A program made the position numbers and the translations under genes. This document shows positions 1-8,765 of a stretch of DNA of 40,261 nt, piece by piece. Each line of letters opens with the position of its first letter. Within the stretch, counting starts at the first letter, position 1. The stretch is from assembly GCA_050053635.1 (NCBI GenBank), contig JASFTI010000002.1, positions 1 through 40,261 of the forward strand. The letters are read 5' to 3'. A model generated the notes under the pieces. That model did no database searches and was not told the origin of the DNA. It saw only the letters and a program-made list of their open reading frames with translations. This stretch comes from Gemmatimonadales bacterium (GTDB taxonomy: Bacteria; Gemmatimonadota; Gemmatimonadetes; Palauibacterales; KS3-K002).

Positions 1-12
1 GGTACCTGCGGA
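1..12. repeat. Terminal direct repeat GGTACCTGCGGA, left copy
   Basis: Exact 12-nt match to 40250-40261. Lies 120 nt upstream of the Nu1-like terminase gene. Confidence 0.95.
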
Positions 13-131
13 GGCATAACCAAACGGAATACCTCTATCGAATCCTGGTTCTTTGGTATCTGGAAGGCTGTTTGTTTCTGCGGGTTAGCGCGATTGGCGG
101 GCCAGCCAACAGCCCGGGGGTATAACCATCT
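13..131 (+). promoter_or_regulatory. Putative packaging-recognition (cosB-like) and late-promoter region
   Basis: Noncoding stretch, visibly A+T-richer than the rest of the genome. Repeats: GGCATAACCA (13-22) and GGTATAACCA (119-128); GGTACCTG (1-8) and GGTATCTG (55-62). TATAAC at 121-126 lies 5 nt before the GTG start at 132. Confidence 0.35.
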
Positions 132-629
132 GTGCAAAGCCTCTCACCCAAGCGCTACGCCGCTTTGCGGGGTTGCACTCCCGAGGCGGTCCATAAGGCA
201 ATTCGCGAAGGTCGTTGTCCCGCAAACGCTGACGGGATGATTCCGGTCGAGGCGGCCGACCTCGTCTGGCCGCGCGAGCGGACCTTCGGCCGCGACTCGA
301 ACATGGTCGAGACGGTGCTCGGCGAGATCACGCTCGCCGAGGCGAGGGTCCGACACGAGGCAGCGCGCGCCCGGCTCCGGGAGATCGAGGGGCGGATCAA
401 GCGCGGTGAGCTCGTCGAGCGCGCTGTGGTCGAGCACTCGTGGATCGCCGTGGCGGCGGTCCTGCGCGAACGGATGCTCCTGATACCTGCTCGGATGTCT
501 GACCGCCTCGTGGGGCTCGATCAGCACGCGATTCGCGAGCTGCTCCACCGTGAGGTGGTCGACGCGCTGGGGTCGTTGGAGCTCCCCGAGATCGAGAAGG
601 CGGGTGGCTCGGAGGACGAGGAGGAGTGA
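132..629 (+). CDS. terS: Terminase small subunit (lambda Nu1-like)
   Basis: 165 aa. N-terminal HTH-like segment (YAALRGCTPEAVHKAIREG), central coiled coil, acidic tail. GTGA start-stop overlap with the large terminase gene. Confidence 0.65.
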   Translation: MQSLSPKRYAALRGCTPEAVHKAIREGRCPANADGMIPVEAADLVWPRERTFGRDSNMVETVLGEITLAEARVRHEAARARLREIEGRIKRGELVERAVVEHSWIAVAAVLRERMLLIPARMSDRLVGLDQHAIRELLHREVVDALGSLELPEIEKAGGSEDEEE

Positions 630-2521
630 CGGTCTCTGATGCCAGGCTCATGCAGCGCTTCCTCCTGGAGCTGCGTCCGCCGGATGTGGCAGACGTGGCC
701 GATTGGGCCGACCGGTATCGCGTCCTGGACCGTCGTTCAGCCTCGCTGGCTGGCCGCTGGCAGACGGAGAGAGCCCCCTACCTCCGGGAGCCGATGCGCT
801 GGCTCTCATCGAGCGACCCGTGCAGAGTCGTCGTGCTCAAGTGGTCGGCCCAGCTCGGGAAGACCGAGATCTTGCTCAACTGGATCGGCTACACTGTGCA
901 CTGCGCGCCGGCCCCGATCCTCGCAGTGCAGCCCACCGTTGATCTAACGCAGTCATGGTCGAAGGACCGCCTCGCACCCATGATCTCGCTCTCTGAGCCG
1001 CTGAGAGAGCGGGTCGGGCTGCGGACCAGGGCTGGTCGCGGTCGGGATGGCGGTGACACGATCATGGCCAAGTCCTTCCCGGGCGGGGCGATCTACTGCG
1101 CCGGCGCCAACAGCCCGATTGGGCTCATCGGCCGACCCATCGGGCGCGTGGCGCTCGACGAGGTGGACGGGTATCCCCTCTCTGCCGGCGCTTACGGCGA
1201 TCCCGTCAAGCTGGCAGAGCGCCGGGCCGCCAACTTCGCGGACGCCAAGATCCTCAAGACCAGCACGCCCACGGTGCGCGGGCTCTCGCGGATCGAGCGG
1301 GCCTACGACGAGAGCGACAAGTGCGTCTACCACGTGCCCTGTCCGGGCTGCGGTGAGGCGCTGGTCCTTCGGCTCGAGATCATGCGCTGGCCAGCAGGTC
1401 GCCCGCTCGAGTGCTACTGCGTCTGTCCGGGGTGCGGTCGCGAGATCCAGGACCGGGAGAAGTACGCCATGCTCGCGGCAGGGGAGTGGCGACCGACGGC
1501 GACGCCTCGAGATCCCGGGGTCCGGGGCGCGTGGCTCAACAGCTGGTACTCGCCGTTTATCCAAGGCGGCTGGGGTACGATCGCTCGGGAGTTCGTGGAG
1601 GCCACCGACTGCGGGGATCCAGAGGCGCTGAAGGTCGTGGTCAACATGTTGCTTGGCGAAGAGTGGGACGCCACGCAGGGGGCGGAGCTTGACGAGTCGG
1701 ATCTCCTCGAGCGGCGAGAGCAGTTCGCCGCAGACCTCCCGGGGGTCGGGATGATCACCGCCGGGGTAGATGTCCAGGGCGACCGACTCGAGGTCGAGGT
1801 CGTGGGCTGGGGTCTCCGATACGAATCCTGGTCGCTGGACTACGTCGTGATCCCCGGTGACCCCACCGGGGACGATGTCTGGTCTGATCTCGAAGAAGTC
1901 TTTGGCCGGCGTTACGCCGGTCTGGCGATCTCGGCCGCGTGCGTGGACTCGGGCTTCGAGGCCGACCACGTCTACCGGTATGTTCGGCCGCGCTGGCACC
2001 GGAGGATCTGGGCGACCAAGGGGGCCTCTGACGCGCAGCGAGTGGGGCGCGAGGTCTGGCCGGTCGCGTGGGGCCGGTCCGCGAATCGCGAGGTCAAATT
2101 CAAGCTGGTCGGGGTCTCGACCGCGAAGGGGCACGTCTATCGCTGGCTTCGGGCAGGTCCGGACGAACCCGGCTATTGCCACTTTCCCGAGGGCCGCCCG
2201 CGCTGGTGGTTCGAGCAGCTCACCGCCGAGCGACCGGTCAAGAAGTACCGGCGCGGGCACGGCTACGTTGAGTGGGAGCTGCCTAAGGGACGGCGTAACG
2301 AGGCGCTCGACTGCCGTGTCCTGGCCTACGCGGCTCTGCTCGGGCTCGAGCGCGCTGGCCGGACCATAGAGCGCGAGCTCGACCGCCGGAAGGACGAGCG
2401 CGCGCGACCCCGCAAGAGCACGCGTCGGCGCCGGAAAGACGAGAGGCTTGACGCCGCTCGGCGACCGCGGCACGATGGGGGGCGAGGCGAGGACTTCATC
2501 CCTCGCCGGGATGATTGGTAG
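626..2521 (+). CDS. terL: Terminase large subunit, GpA family
   Basis: 631 aa. Walker-A-like KWSAQLGKTE, zinc-ribbon CPGCGEA...CPGCGREI, and the length and order typical of lambda gpA-type terminases. Confidence 0.9.
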   Translation: MTVSDARLMQRFLLELRPPDVADVADWADRYRVLDRRSASLAGRWQTERAPYLREPMRWLSSSDPCRVVVLKWSAQLGKTEILLNWIGYTVHCAPAPILAVQPTVDLTQSWSKDRLAPMISLSEPLRERVGLRTRAGRGRDGGDTIMAKSFPGGAIYCAGANSPIGLIGRPIGRVALDEVDGYPLSAGAYGDPVKLAERRAANFADAKILKTSTPTVRGLSRIERAYDESDKCVYHVPCPGCGEALVLRLEIMRWPAGRPLECYCVCPGCGREIQDREKYAMLAAGEWRPTATPRDPGVRGAWLNSWYSPFIQGGWGTIAREFVEATDCGDPEALKVVVNMLLGEEWDATQGAELDESDLLERREQFAADLPGVGMITAGVDVQGDRLEVEVVGWGLRYESWSLDYVVIPGDPTGDDVWSDLEEVFGRRYAGLAISAACVDSGFEADHVYRYVRPRWHRRIWATKGASDAQRVGREVWPVAWGRSANREVKFKLVGVSTAKGHVYRWLRAGPDEPGYCHFPEGRPRWWFEQLTAERPVKKYRRGHGYVEWELPKGRRNEALDCRVLAYAALLGLERAGRTIERELDRRKDERARPRKSTRRRRKDERLDAARRPRHDGGRGEDFIPRRDDW

Positions 2522-2522
2522 C

Positions 2523-2723
2523 ATGGCGTTGACTCAGGCCCACCTGGACAAGCTCGACGAAATGATCGCCAGCGGGATCCTCGAGTCGAGAACCGCCGAC
2601 GGCAAGCGCGTGCAGTTCGAGTCCTTCGACGAACTCCGGGCTCGTCGAGATTGGGTGGCCCGCGCGCTGGCCGGCTCCTGCTCGACGCGAGATCGCGTCG
2701 GGTACGCGCAGTTCGAGGACTGA
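2523..2723 (+). CDS. Head-tail joining protein, lambda gpW-like
   Basis: 66 aa starting at the ATG 1 nt after the terminase stop codon. The pattern ...DGKRVQFESFDELRARRDW... resembles gpW (DGRRVEF...). Lies between the terminase and portal genes, as in lambda. Confidence 0.65.
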   Translation: MALTQAHLDKLDEMIASGILESRTADGKRVQFESFDELRARRDWVARALAGSCSTRDRVGYAQFED

Positions 2724-4234
2724 TGGGCGTCCGAGACTGGTTTCGCCGCACCTTCGGCCGCGCCGAGTCTCGACGCGATGCGTCATATGTCGGAGGGCGG
2801 CGCTCGCGGCGTAATGCCGGCTGGGTGCTCGGTGACGTCTCAGGCAACGCCGCGGTCGCCGGGTCGCTCGTCGAGCTGCGCCGGCGCTCGCGTGATCATG
2901 CGCGCAACAATCGCTATGCTCACCACGCGCTGATCGAGACCGCCTGCTACCTCGCCGGGTCGTTGCCACAGTCGGCGATCTCCGTCCCCGAAGGGGCATC
3001 AGATCGCGAGCGTGCGCGGATCGAGAGCGTCAACCGCACGGTGGACGGACGTTTCCGAGCATGGTCAAGGGTCTGCTCCGTCGAGGGACGCGAGACCTTC
3101 TCCGGGCTCCTCTACCGCGCGATCCTCGGCTGGCTCACATCGGGAGAGTCGTTCACCCGCCGGCGGGTGCGGCGGCTCGACGATGGTCTTCCGGTGCCGC
3201 TGCAGCTCGATCTCCTGGAGGCTGATCTCGTCGACCACACCCGGAGCGAGCGGCTCGACACGGGCGGCTGGATCGTCCAGGGTGTGGAGTACTCGCCCAT
3301 CGGTGCGCGGCAGGCGTACCACATGTGGCGCTGGCATCCGGGAGAGACCCTGATCTCCGGGCTGCAGACGCCCTACAGCACCGTTCGCGTGGATGCGCGG
3401 ACGGTCTGCCACCTCTACGGCGCGCCCATCGAGCGCCCAGGGCAGGCCCGCGGCGTGCCCTGGCTTCACGCCGTGATCCAGGATCTCTACGACTTCGCCG
3501 GCTTCCAGGACGCCGATCGGGTCCGGATGCGCGCGGCGGCGTCGCAGATGGCCGTCGTTGAGACCGAGGACCGGTTTTGCGAAGGTCAGGATGATCTCCC
3601 CACCGGGCTCAACCCGCTTCGGGACTCCAGCGGGGACATCCTCGAGCGCATCCGGCCGGGGCAGATCGGCTACATGCAGGCAGGTCAGCGGGTGAGCTGG
3701 AACACGCCGCCGACTACGCCTCAGGTCGGAGAGCATGCCCGCGTCGAGCTCCACGGCCAGGCGGTGGGCGCGCTCATGCCCTACGAGCTCTTCTCGGGAG
3801 ATCTCTCAGATACGAGCTACTCGAGCATCATGTTCGGACTCGGGAGCTATCGCCAGCTCGTCTCTTTGCTGCGGCGCGACGTCGTCCTGCCCTTCTGGAC
3901 CAATCCTGTGTGGGAGTGGTTCGTCGAGCTCGGGCAGGCGGCGGGAGTGCTACCTGACGAGGCAGGCCCGGTCCGATGGGTCCACCCGCCCTGGCCGTTG
4001 GTCGATCCTGTCAAGGACGCCCGCGGGAAGCTGATCGCGGTCCGCGGCGGCTGGGATACGCTCTCACGGGTGATCGCCGAGACGGGAGAGGATCCCGACG
4101 AGGTACTCGCCGAGCAGAGACGTCTGCAGGAGTGGGCTCGGGCTCACGGCATCGTCCTCGATGGGATCCCGTCGACAGCGACCCTGGGAGGTCAGGTACA
4201 GGAGACGCTCTCGCCACGGCTCGACAACGACTGA
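2723..4234 (+). CDS. Portal protein, lambda gpB-type
   Basis: TGATG overlap with the gpW-like gene. N-terminal RRSRRNAGW...LRRRSRDHARNNRYA motif is typical of lambda-family portals. About 503 aa. Confidence 0.85.
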   Translation: MGVRDWFRRTFGRAESRRDASYVGGRRSRRNAGWVLGDVSGNAAVAGSLVELRRRSRDHARNNRYAHHALIETACYLAGSLPQSAISVPEGASDRERARIESVNRTVDGRFRAWSRVCSVEGRETFSGLLYRAILGWLTSGESFTRRRVRRLDDGLPVPLQLDLLEADLVDHTRSERLDTGGWIVQGVEYSPIGARQAYHMWRWHPGETLISGLQTPYSTVRVDARTVCHLYGAPIERPGQARGVPWLHAVIQDLYDFAGFQDADRVRMRAAASQMAVVETEDRFCEGQDDLPTGLNPLRDSSGDILERIRPGQIGYMQAGQRVSWNTPPTTPQVGEHARVELHGQAVGALMPYELFSGDLSDTSYSSIMFGLGSYRQLVSLLRRDVVLPFWTNPVWEWFVELGQAAGVLPDEAGPVRWVHPPWPLVDPVKDARGKLIAVRGGWDTLSRVIAETGEDPDEVLAEQRRLQEWARAHGIVLDGIPSTATLGGQVQETLSPRLDND

Positions 4235-4297
4235 TTTCGGAGAGCGAAACCTGAAATCGCTTGACGTCTCGGCGAGGCGGCGTCTAGCCTGATTGGG

Positions 4298-6640
4298 ATG
4301 GCTCGCCAGCCAACCACAGTCCAGACGCTGATCTTCTCGCGGTCGTCGTTCGCGACGGCGGCGAGAGCCAAGCAGTGGGCCATGGATCACGGGTATCGCG
4401 CGGACAAGGTCGACGAGACCGATGAGACCTTCCGGCTCCGGCAGCGTGAGCCCGCGGAGTTCGAAGAGGGCTCATTCCGGACGATCACTCTCCGCGAGGG
4501 CGTCCAGGCCGTGATCGGGCGCCTCAAGGCGCGCGAGGCGGAGGGCGTTGTCCCACGAGCTGCGGACCAGCCATCCGAGATCTCGGCCACTGTCAGGCCG
4601 AGGACATGGGACCCCGAGGCGCGGACCATCGAGCTCGTCCTTTCGGACGAGCGCACGAACGAGATCCCGCGCTACACGTGGGGCGGCGAGATCGCCTACT
4701 ACGAGCGGCTGAGCCTGCAGCCCGAGCATGTGCGGCTCGGGCGGATCAACAACGGGGCGCCGGTGCTCATGGTCCACCGGGCGGGTGACCCCCGGGCGCA
4801 GATCGGCGTCTTCGTGCAGGGGTCAATTCGCGTCGAAGGCGAGGGTGACGAGCGGGCCCTAGTGGGGACCGCGCGGTTTTCTTCGCATCTCGACGAGGAG
4901 CGTGAGGCGCACGTCCAGGAGATCGCCGACGGGATCCGGCGCAACGTTTCGGTTGGCTGGCGGCCGTTCGAACAGATCTGGATCCCCGGCGACGGAGGCC
5001 CGGACCGGGTGCTCGTGATCGACTGGGAGCCGATGGAGGTCTCGTCTGTCCCGATGGGCGCAGACGATGGCGCGATGTTCAGGGCGGTTCCGATACCGCC
5101 ACGACGACAGGGGGCAGAGATGCCGGACACAGGAATGCCGGGGCTCACCGCGAGCGAGATCGAGATCCGCGACATCAGGGTCGAGGAGCTCGCCGAGGAG
5201 CGTGCGCGCCAGATCGTGGCCGAGCGTGATGAGCGCCGGGCGCAGATCGAGCGCCTCCGGGTGCTCGGGACGAGCGACGAGCAGATCCGCGCCTGGGTCG
5301 AGGACTCCAAGGTGACGGTGGCCGAGGCTCGCGAGCTGGCCTTTGCCGCGGCCGAAGAGCGCGAGTGCGCGACCGCCGTGCACGGATCGGTCTCGGTCGA
5401 GGGCGGTCGAGATGAGCGCGACGTCGAGGCGATGCGCATCCTCGGGCACCTCCTGTGCGTCCGGCTCGGCAAGGACGAGCAGAAGGTCAAGGAGGCCATC
5501 CGCATCAACGACGAGGCTGGCGTTCGCTTCGCCGCGACCGGCTTCGACGTCCGGGATCTCGAGGGATTCGCGCTCAAGCGCGAGGCTCGCAAGTACGCTA
5601 GGTACAACCTCCTGCGGCTCGCCGAGGACCGGCTCTCCGCGGACGGCTACGATCTCGCCGGGGTCGGAGTCGGGCGACTGGCCGACATGGCATGCGGGAT
5701 CGGGACCGGGCTCCACGGGCGCGGCCTCAACACGACGTCGAGCTTCCCACTCCTCCTGGCCGAGACCCTCAACACCTCGGTCAGGATGGGCTACCTCGAA
5801 CAGCCGGTGGACCTCAGATGGTGCACCAGGATGGATGCCCCCGACTTCCGGAGCCTCTACGTGGTCACCCTGGGGGATCTCGAGGACCTCGAGGAGATCG
5901 ACGAGGGCGGCGAGTACCCAACCTCGACCCTGACCGAGTCCCGAGAGGGCTGGGCAGTGGTCGACTACGGCAAGATCTTCGGCCTCACCCGCAAGTTGAT
6001 AGTCAACGACCGGCTCGGGGCCTGGTCGAAGCTCGGCGAAGGCTACGTCAAGGTCGCCAACCGACGGATCAGGAATGCGACCTTCGGGCTCCTGACCGCC
6101 AACGCCGCGCTCTCCGACACCGTGACGCTTTTCCACACGTCGCGGGGCAACACGGATGACACGGGCGCTGTCCCATCGATCGCCGCGATCGACGCGATGG
6201 GCCTCCGGATGGCCACGCGCCCGGGGCACACCCCGTCCGAGGGCGAGACCCCGACGGCACCGCACATGCTCCGCTGGCTGCTGACCGCGCGCAAGTGGCT
6301 CACCCGCGCCCAGCAGGAGCTGGGCATGGTCTCGGCCCGGGCCGACATCGCGGTGACCTCGCCGGCGTCGGCGATCCCCAAGCACTTCGAGGGGATCCAG
6401 GATGTGGTCTTCGATCCGATCCTCGACGCGTACAACGGCGGCAAGGGCGCCGGCAACGCGTGGTTCGGGACCGACGGCGAGACGGTCCACTACTCCTGGC
6501 TCGAGGGCGAGGAGGGCGTGCAGGTCGCGCTCGAGGAGGGCTTCGAGATCCGCGGCCTCAAGATCCGGCTCTCCGTCGCGCTGGGCGCCGGTGTGCCCGA
6601 CTGGCGCGGGCTGGACCGAAACCTCGGAGCGGCCAGCTAG
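4298..6640 (+). CDS. Prohead protease, scaffold-like coiled coil and major capsid protein fused in one ORF
   Basis: 780 aa. Residues about 95-270 carry HK97/S78-type protease motifs (VLMVHRAGDP...IG; NVSVGWRP). Residues about 285-350 are a charged coiled coil. The C-terminal 400 aa or so is capsid-like (Mu gpT/HK97-fold-like, FGLTRKLIVNDRLGAW). No separate capsid gene occurs elsewhere. Confidence 0.7.
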   Translation: MARQPTTVQTLIFSRSSFATAARAKQWAMDHGYRADKVDETDETFRLRQREPAEFEEGSFRTITLREGVQAVIGRLKAREAEGVVPRAADQPSEISATVRPRTWDPEARTIELVLSDERTNEIPRYTWGGEIAYYERLSLQPEHVRLGRINNGAPVLMVHRAGDPRAQIGVFVQGSIRVEGEGDERALVGTARFSSHLDEEREAHVQEIADGIRRNVSVGWRPFEQIWIPGDGGPDRVLVIDWEPMEVSSVPMGADDGAMFRAVPIPPRRQGAEMPDTGMPGLTASEIEIRDIRVEELAEERARQIVAERDERRAQIERLRVLGTSDEQIRAWVEDSKVTVAEARELAFAAAEERECATAVHGSVSVEGGRDERDVEAMRILGHLLCVRLGKDEQKVKEAIRINDEAGVRFAATGFDVRDLEGFALKREARKYARYNLLRLAEDRLSADGYDLAGVGVGRLADMACGIGTGLHGRGLNTTSSFPLLLAETLNTSVRMGYLEQPVDLRWCTRMDAPDFRSLYVVTLGDLEDLEEIDEGGEYPTSTLTESREGWAVVDYGKIFGLTRKLIVNDRLGAWSKLGEGYVKVANRRIRNATFGLLTANAALSDTVTLFHTSRGNTDDTGAVPSIAAIDAMGLRMATRPGHTPSEGETPTAPHMLRWLLTARKWLTRAQQELGMVSARADIAVTSPASAIPKHFEGIQDVVFDPILDAYNGGKGAGNAWFGTDGETVHYSWLEGEEGVQVALEEGFEIRGLKIRLSVALGAGVPDWRGLDRNLGAAS

Positions 6641-6666
6641 GCCGCCGATAGAGGAGGTAGAGAGAC

Positions 6667-7338
6667 ATGGCAGCTCCGAGAGTCCTGACAGGTGACGTCC
6701 TCAGGTTCACCGCTCCGGCGGGCGGGGTGACGGTCGGAAAGCCGGTGAAGATCGGCGCGCTGGTCGTGGTCCCCCGGACGACCGCGGCGGTCGGCGAGAC
6801 CTTCGCGTGCGACGTACCCTTCATGCCGGTCTTCCGGTTGGCCAAGGTGGCCGGTTTCGCGCTCGCCGAGGGCGAGGCCGTCTACTACGACTACACGGAT
6901 GAGCGCTGCGAGGCCGCCGGCGAGCACATCGGCTACTGCGCCACCACGGGCGGCGTCGCCTCGGCGGCAACGAGCGTACGGGTGGCGATTCCGGCAACAA
7001 CAGCTCACGCGCCCGGCGCGGGGCTGGCGATCATCGCGGATCCCGGTGACGGCGGCGCGATCCCCGTCTCGCAGGACGGGTGTTGTGCGCTCTCGTCGGG
7101 TGCGGCGGAAGAGACGCGGACGATCGCGCCGCCGGTGGCACTCGGCCAGCAGCTCAAGCTCAGCTTCGACCAGGACGGCGGGGGCAACATCGTGATCACC
7201 GTGGCCACCGGGCTGGGCGCTGGTAGGACGACGATCACCGTCGGCGACGAGGGGGACTCCGTCACGCTCGTGGGTGTGGCCGAGGACGGCAATCGCCGCT
7301 GGCGACCTGAGGGCAACGAGGGCTGCGCGATCGCGTAG
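6667..7338 (+). CDS. Head decoration/cement-like protein (DUF2190-like N-terminus plus C-terminal repeat domain)
   Basis: Strong SD (GAGGAGG). N-terminal 110 aa or so resembles DUF2190 capsid-cement proteins. The C-terminal domain is paralogous to the next gene. Confidence 0.5.
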   Translation: MAAPRVLTGDVLRFTAPAGGVTVGKPVKIGALVVVPRTTAAVGETFACDVPFMPVFRLAKVAGFALAEGEAVYYDYTDERCEAAGEHIGYCATTGGVASAATSVRVAIPATTAHAPGAGLAIIADPGDGGAIPVSQDGCCALSSGAAEETRTIAPPVALGQQLKLSFDQDGGGNIVITVATGLGAGRTTITVGDEGDSVTLVGVAEDGNRRWRPEGNEGCAIA

Positions 7339-7353
7339 CAAGGAGTTTCAAAT

Positions 7354-7839
7354 ATGGCAGTCGTGAACAAGATCCAGATGGGGCAAAGCCGCATCCACTA
7401 CGAGGTCGACGCGGACCCGAGCGGTGTCCTCTCGGGCAACGCCGGTGACACCGCGAAGCTGACCACCGGTCACGGCGAGTGGACCTGTCTCGGCACCACG
7501 ACGTGGGCGCGCGACAAGGTCTACTACGACATCCCGGATCCCGGGGACGCCGCGGCCATTCCCGTGACGGTCTCGGGCGTGTGCAACATGACGTCCGGCG
7601 CGGTCGACGAGACGCGCACCGTCGCGGATCCGACCTATGACGGGCAGATCCTCGACCTCGGGATGGATGTCGACGGCGGCGGCGCCATCGAGGTGACCTT
7701 CGCGTCGGCCTTCGACTCGGCCGGCAACACCAAGGCGACCTTCGGGGATGCGCAGGACTTCGCGTCGTTCCGCGCCGCCGATCTCGGTGCCGCGCTCAAG
7801 TGGCACGTCGCCGCTAGCCCGGGCGTGGCGCTGACCTAG
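7354..7839 (+). CDS. Structural protein with a domain paralogous to the C-terminus of the preceding gene
   Basis: SD AAGGAG. DPGDAAAIPVTVSGVCNMTSGAVDETRTV...DVDGGGAIEVTF aligns with DPGDGGAIPVSQDGCCALSSGAAEETRTI...DQDGGGNIVITV in 6667-7338. Confidence 0.45.
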   Translation: MAVVNKIQMGQSRIHYEVDADPSGVLSGNAGDTAKLTTGHGEWTCLGTTTWARDKVYYDIPDPGDAAAIPVTVSGVCNMTSGAVDETRTVADPTYDGQILDLGMDVDGGGAIEVTFASAFDSAGNTKATFGDAQDFASFRAADLGAALKWHVAASPGVALT

Positions 7840-7843
7840 TCAC

Positions 7844-8191
7844 GTGGCTCTAGCAGTCCGAGATGTCGCGGAGGGCCTTGCGACAGAGGCCACCCGCGAC
7901 GTCTGGGGCGTGCTCGTGAGCTACATGCCGCGCGGCGGTTCAGCGGTCCCAATCCGGGCGGAGTTCAATTCGGATCACGAGTACTCCGTCGAGGAAGACG
8001 GGCTCATCGTGACCGACCGCGCGCCGACGCTCTTGCCGCTCCTCTCAGACCTCGTGGTCGAGCCGAGGGCGGGCGACGTGTACGAGGTCCAGGATGGGCC
8101 GCATCTCGGCGAGACGTACACGGTCGTAGACGCGCGGCTCATGCAGGACCAGACCGCGGAGCTGATTTCTGTCCGGGGGGTGCACGCGTGA
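7844..8191 (+). CDS. Putative head-tail connector/adaptor protein
   Basis: 115 aa. Assignment rests on position between the head and tail modules. GTG start with no clear SD, so the start is uncertain. Confidence 0.35.
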   Translation: MALAVRDVAEGLATEATRDVWGVLVSYMPRGGSAVPIRAEFNSDHEYSVEEDGLIVTDRAPTLLPLLSDLVVEPRAGDVYEVQDGPHLGETYTVVDARLMQDQTAELISVRGVHA

Positions 8192-8748
8192 GCCCCCAGG
8201 AGATCAGGCAGACGATCGTCAATCGTCTCATTGCACAAGGCGTGGCGGGCGGCAATGTCTGTCACGCGCGGGCCCGTCCCTTCGCGCGCGGCGATGTCCC
8301 CGTGGTCACCGTCTTCTCCGCTGGCTCAGACTCGACCGGACGAAGCAGTCATATCGCCGAGCTCGAGACGACCGAGCGAATGACCATCGCCGGGACGGTC
8401 GTCCTCGACCCGGCCGAGCCCTGGGACGACATCGACGAGGCCCTCGCGGATGCGATCGACGCTCTCGAGGCCGAGATCAAGGCGGCGGTCTTCGGCTACC
8501 GTCCGTTGATCGCGGCTCTTCGGCGGCTGCAAGGCGTGACAAGTGCCAAGGGCGGCACCGTCGACGGCGATGACATCCGCGGCCAGCTCGTGATCGAGAT
8601 CCGCTACCTCCGTGACGAGACCTGGGATCCGGAGGGCGATACCGCGGATCCGGATCTCGAGCGCGTGACGGTCCGTGCGCGGCCGGCGGGTGGCACGGGC
8701 GATGCCCCGCAGACTGAGGTCCGTCCGATCTGGACACCGCCCCCTTGA
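8188..8748 (+). CDS. Putative neck/tail-terminator-like protein
   Basis: 186 aa. Start overlaps the upstream stop codon. N-terminal pattern (IVNRL...V...ARP...PVVTVF) recalls DUF3168-type neck proteins. Assignment is mainly positional. Confidence 0.35.
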   Translation: MSPQEIRQTIVNRLIAQGVAGGNVCHARARPFARGDVPVVTVFSAGSDSTGRSSHIAELETTERMTIAGTVVLDPAEPWDDIDEALADAIDALEAEIKAAVFGYRPLIAALRRLQGVTSAKGGTVDGDDIRGQLVIEIRYLRDETWDPEGDTADPDLERVTVRARPAGGTGDAPQTEVRPIWTPPP

Positions 8749-8765
8749 GGCGTTAGGATAATCAC

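Noticed and set aside
1-6. GGTACC (KpnI site) at both ends, suggesting a cloned restriction fragment
   Set aside because: The repeat extends 6 nt beyond the site (12 nt in total), and the gene content is a closed, complete phage genome. A cos end or an assembly overlap explains it better, but this cannot be settled from the sequence alone.
36-50. TCGAATCC, reminiscent of a tRNA T-loop, which could be a tRNA gene or an attP core
   Set aside because: No complementary T-stem or other tRNA arms around it, and no integrase in the genome. Treated as part of the packaging region.
94-99. TTGGCG as a -35 for a late promoter upstream of the terminase genes
   Set aside because: It lies 21 nt from the TATAAC at 121-126, too far for a sigma70-type promoter. 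The region is reported as -10-only and possibly activator-dependent.
953-2524. 523-aa minus-strand ORF opposite the large terminase gene
   Set aside because: Antisense shadow of a confidently identified gene. Arg/Pro-rich composition and no motifs.
4859-6490. 543-aa minus-strand ORF opposite the protease-capsid gene
   Set aside because: Same reasoning: a high-GC antisense artefact.
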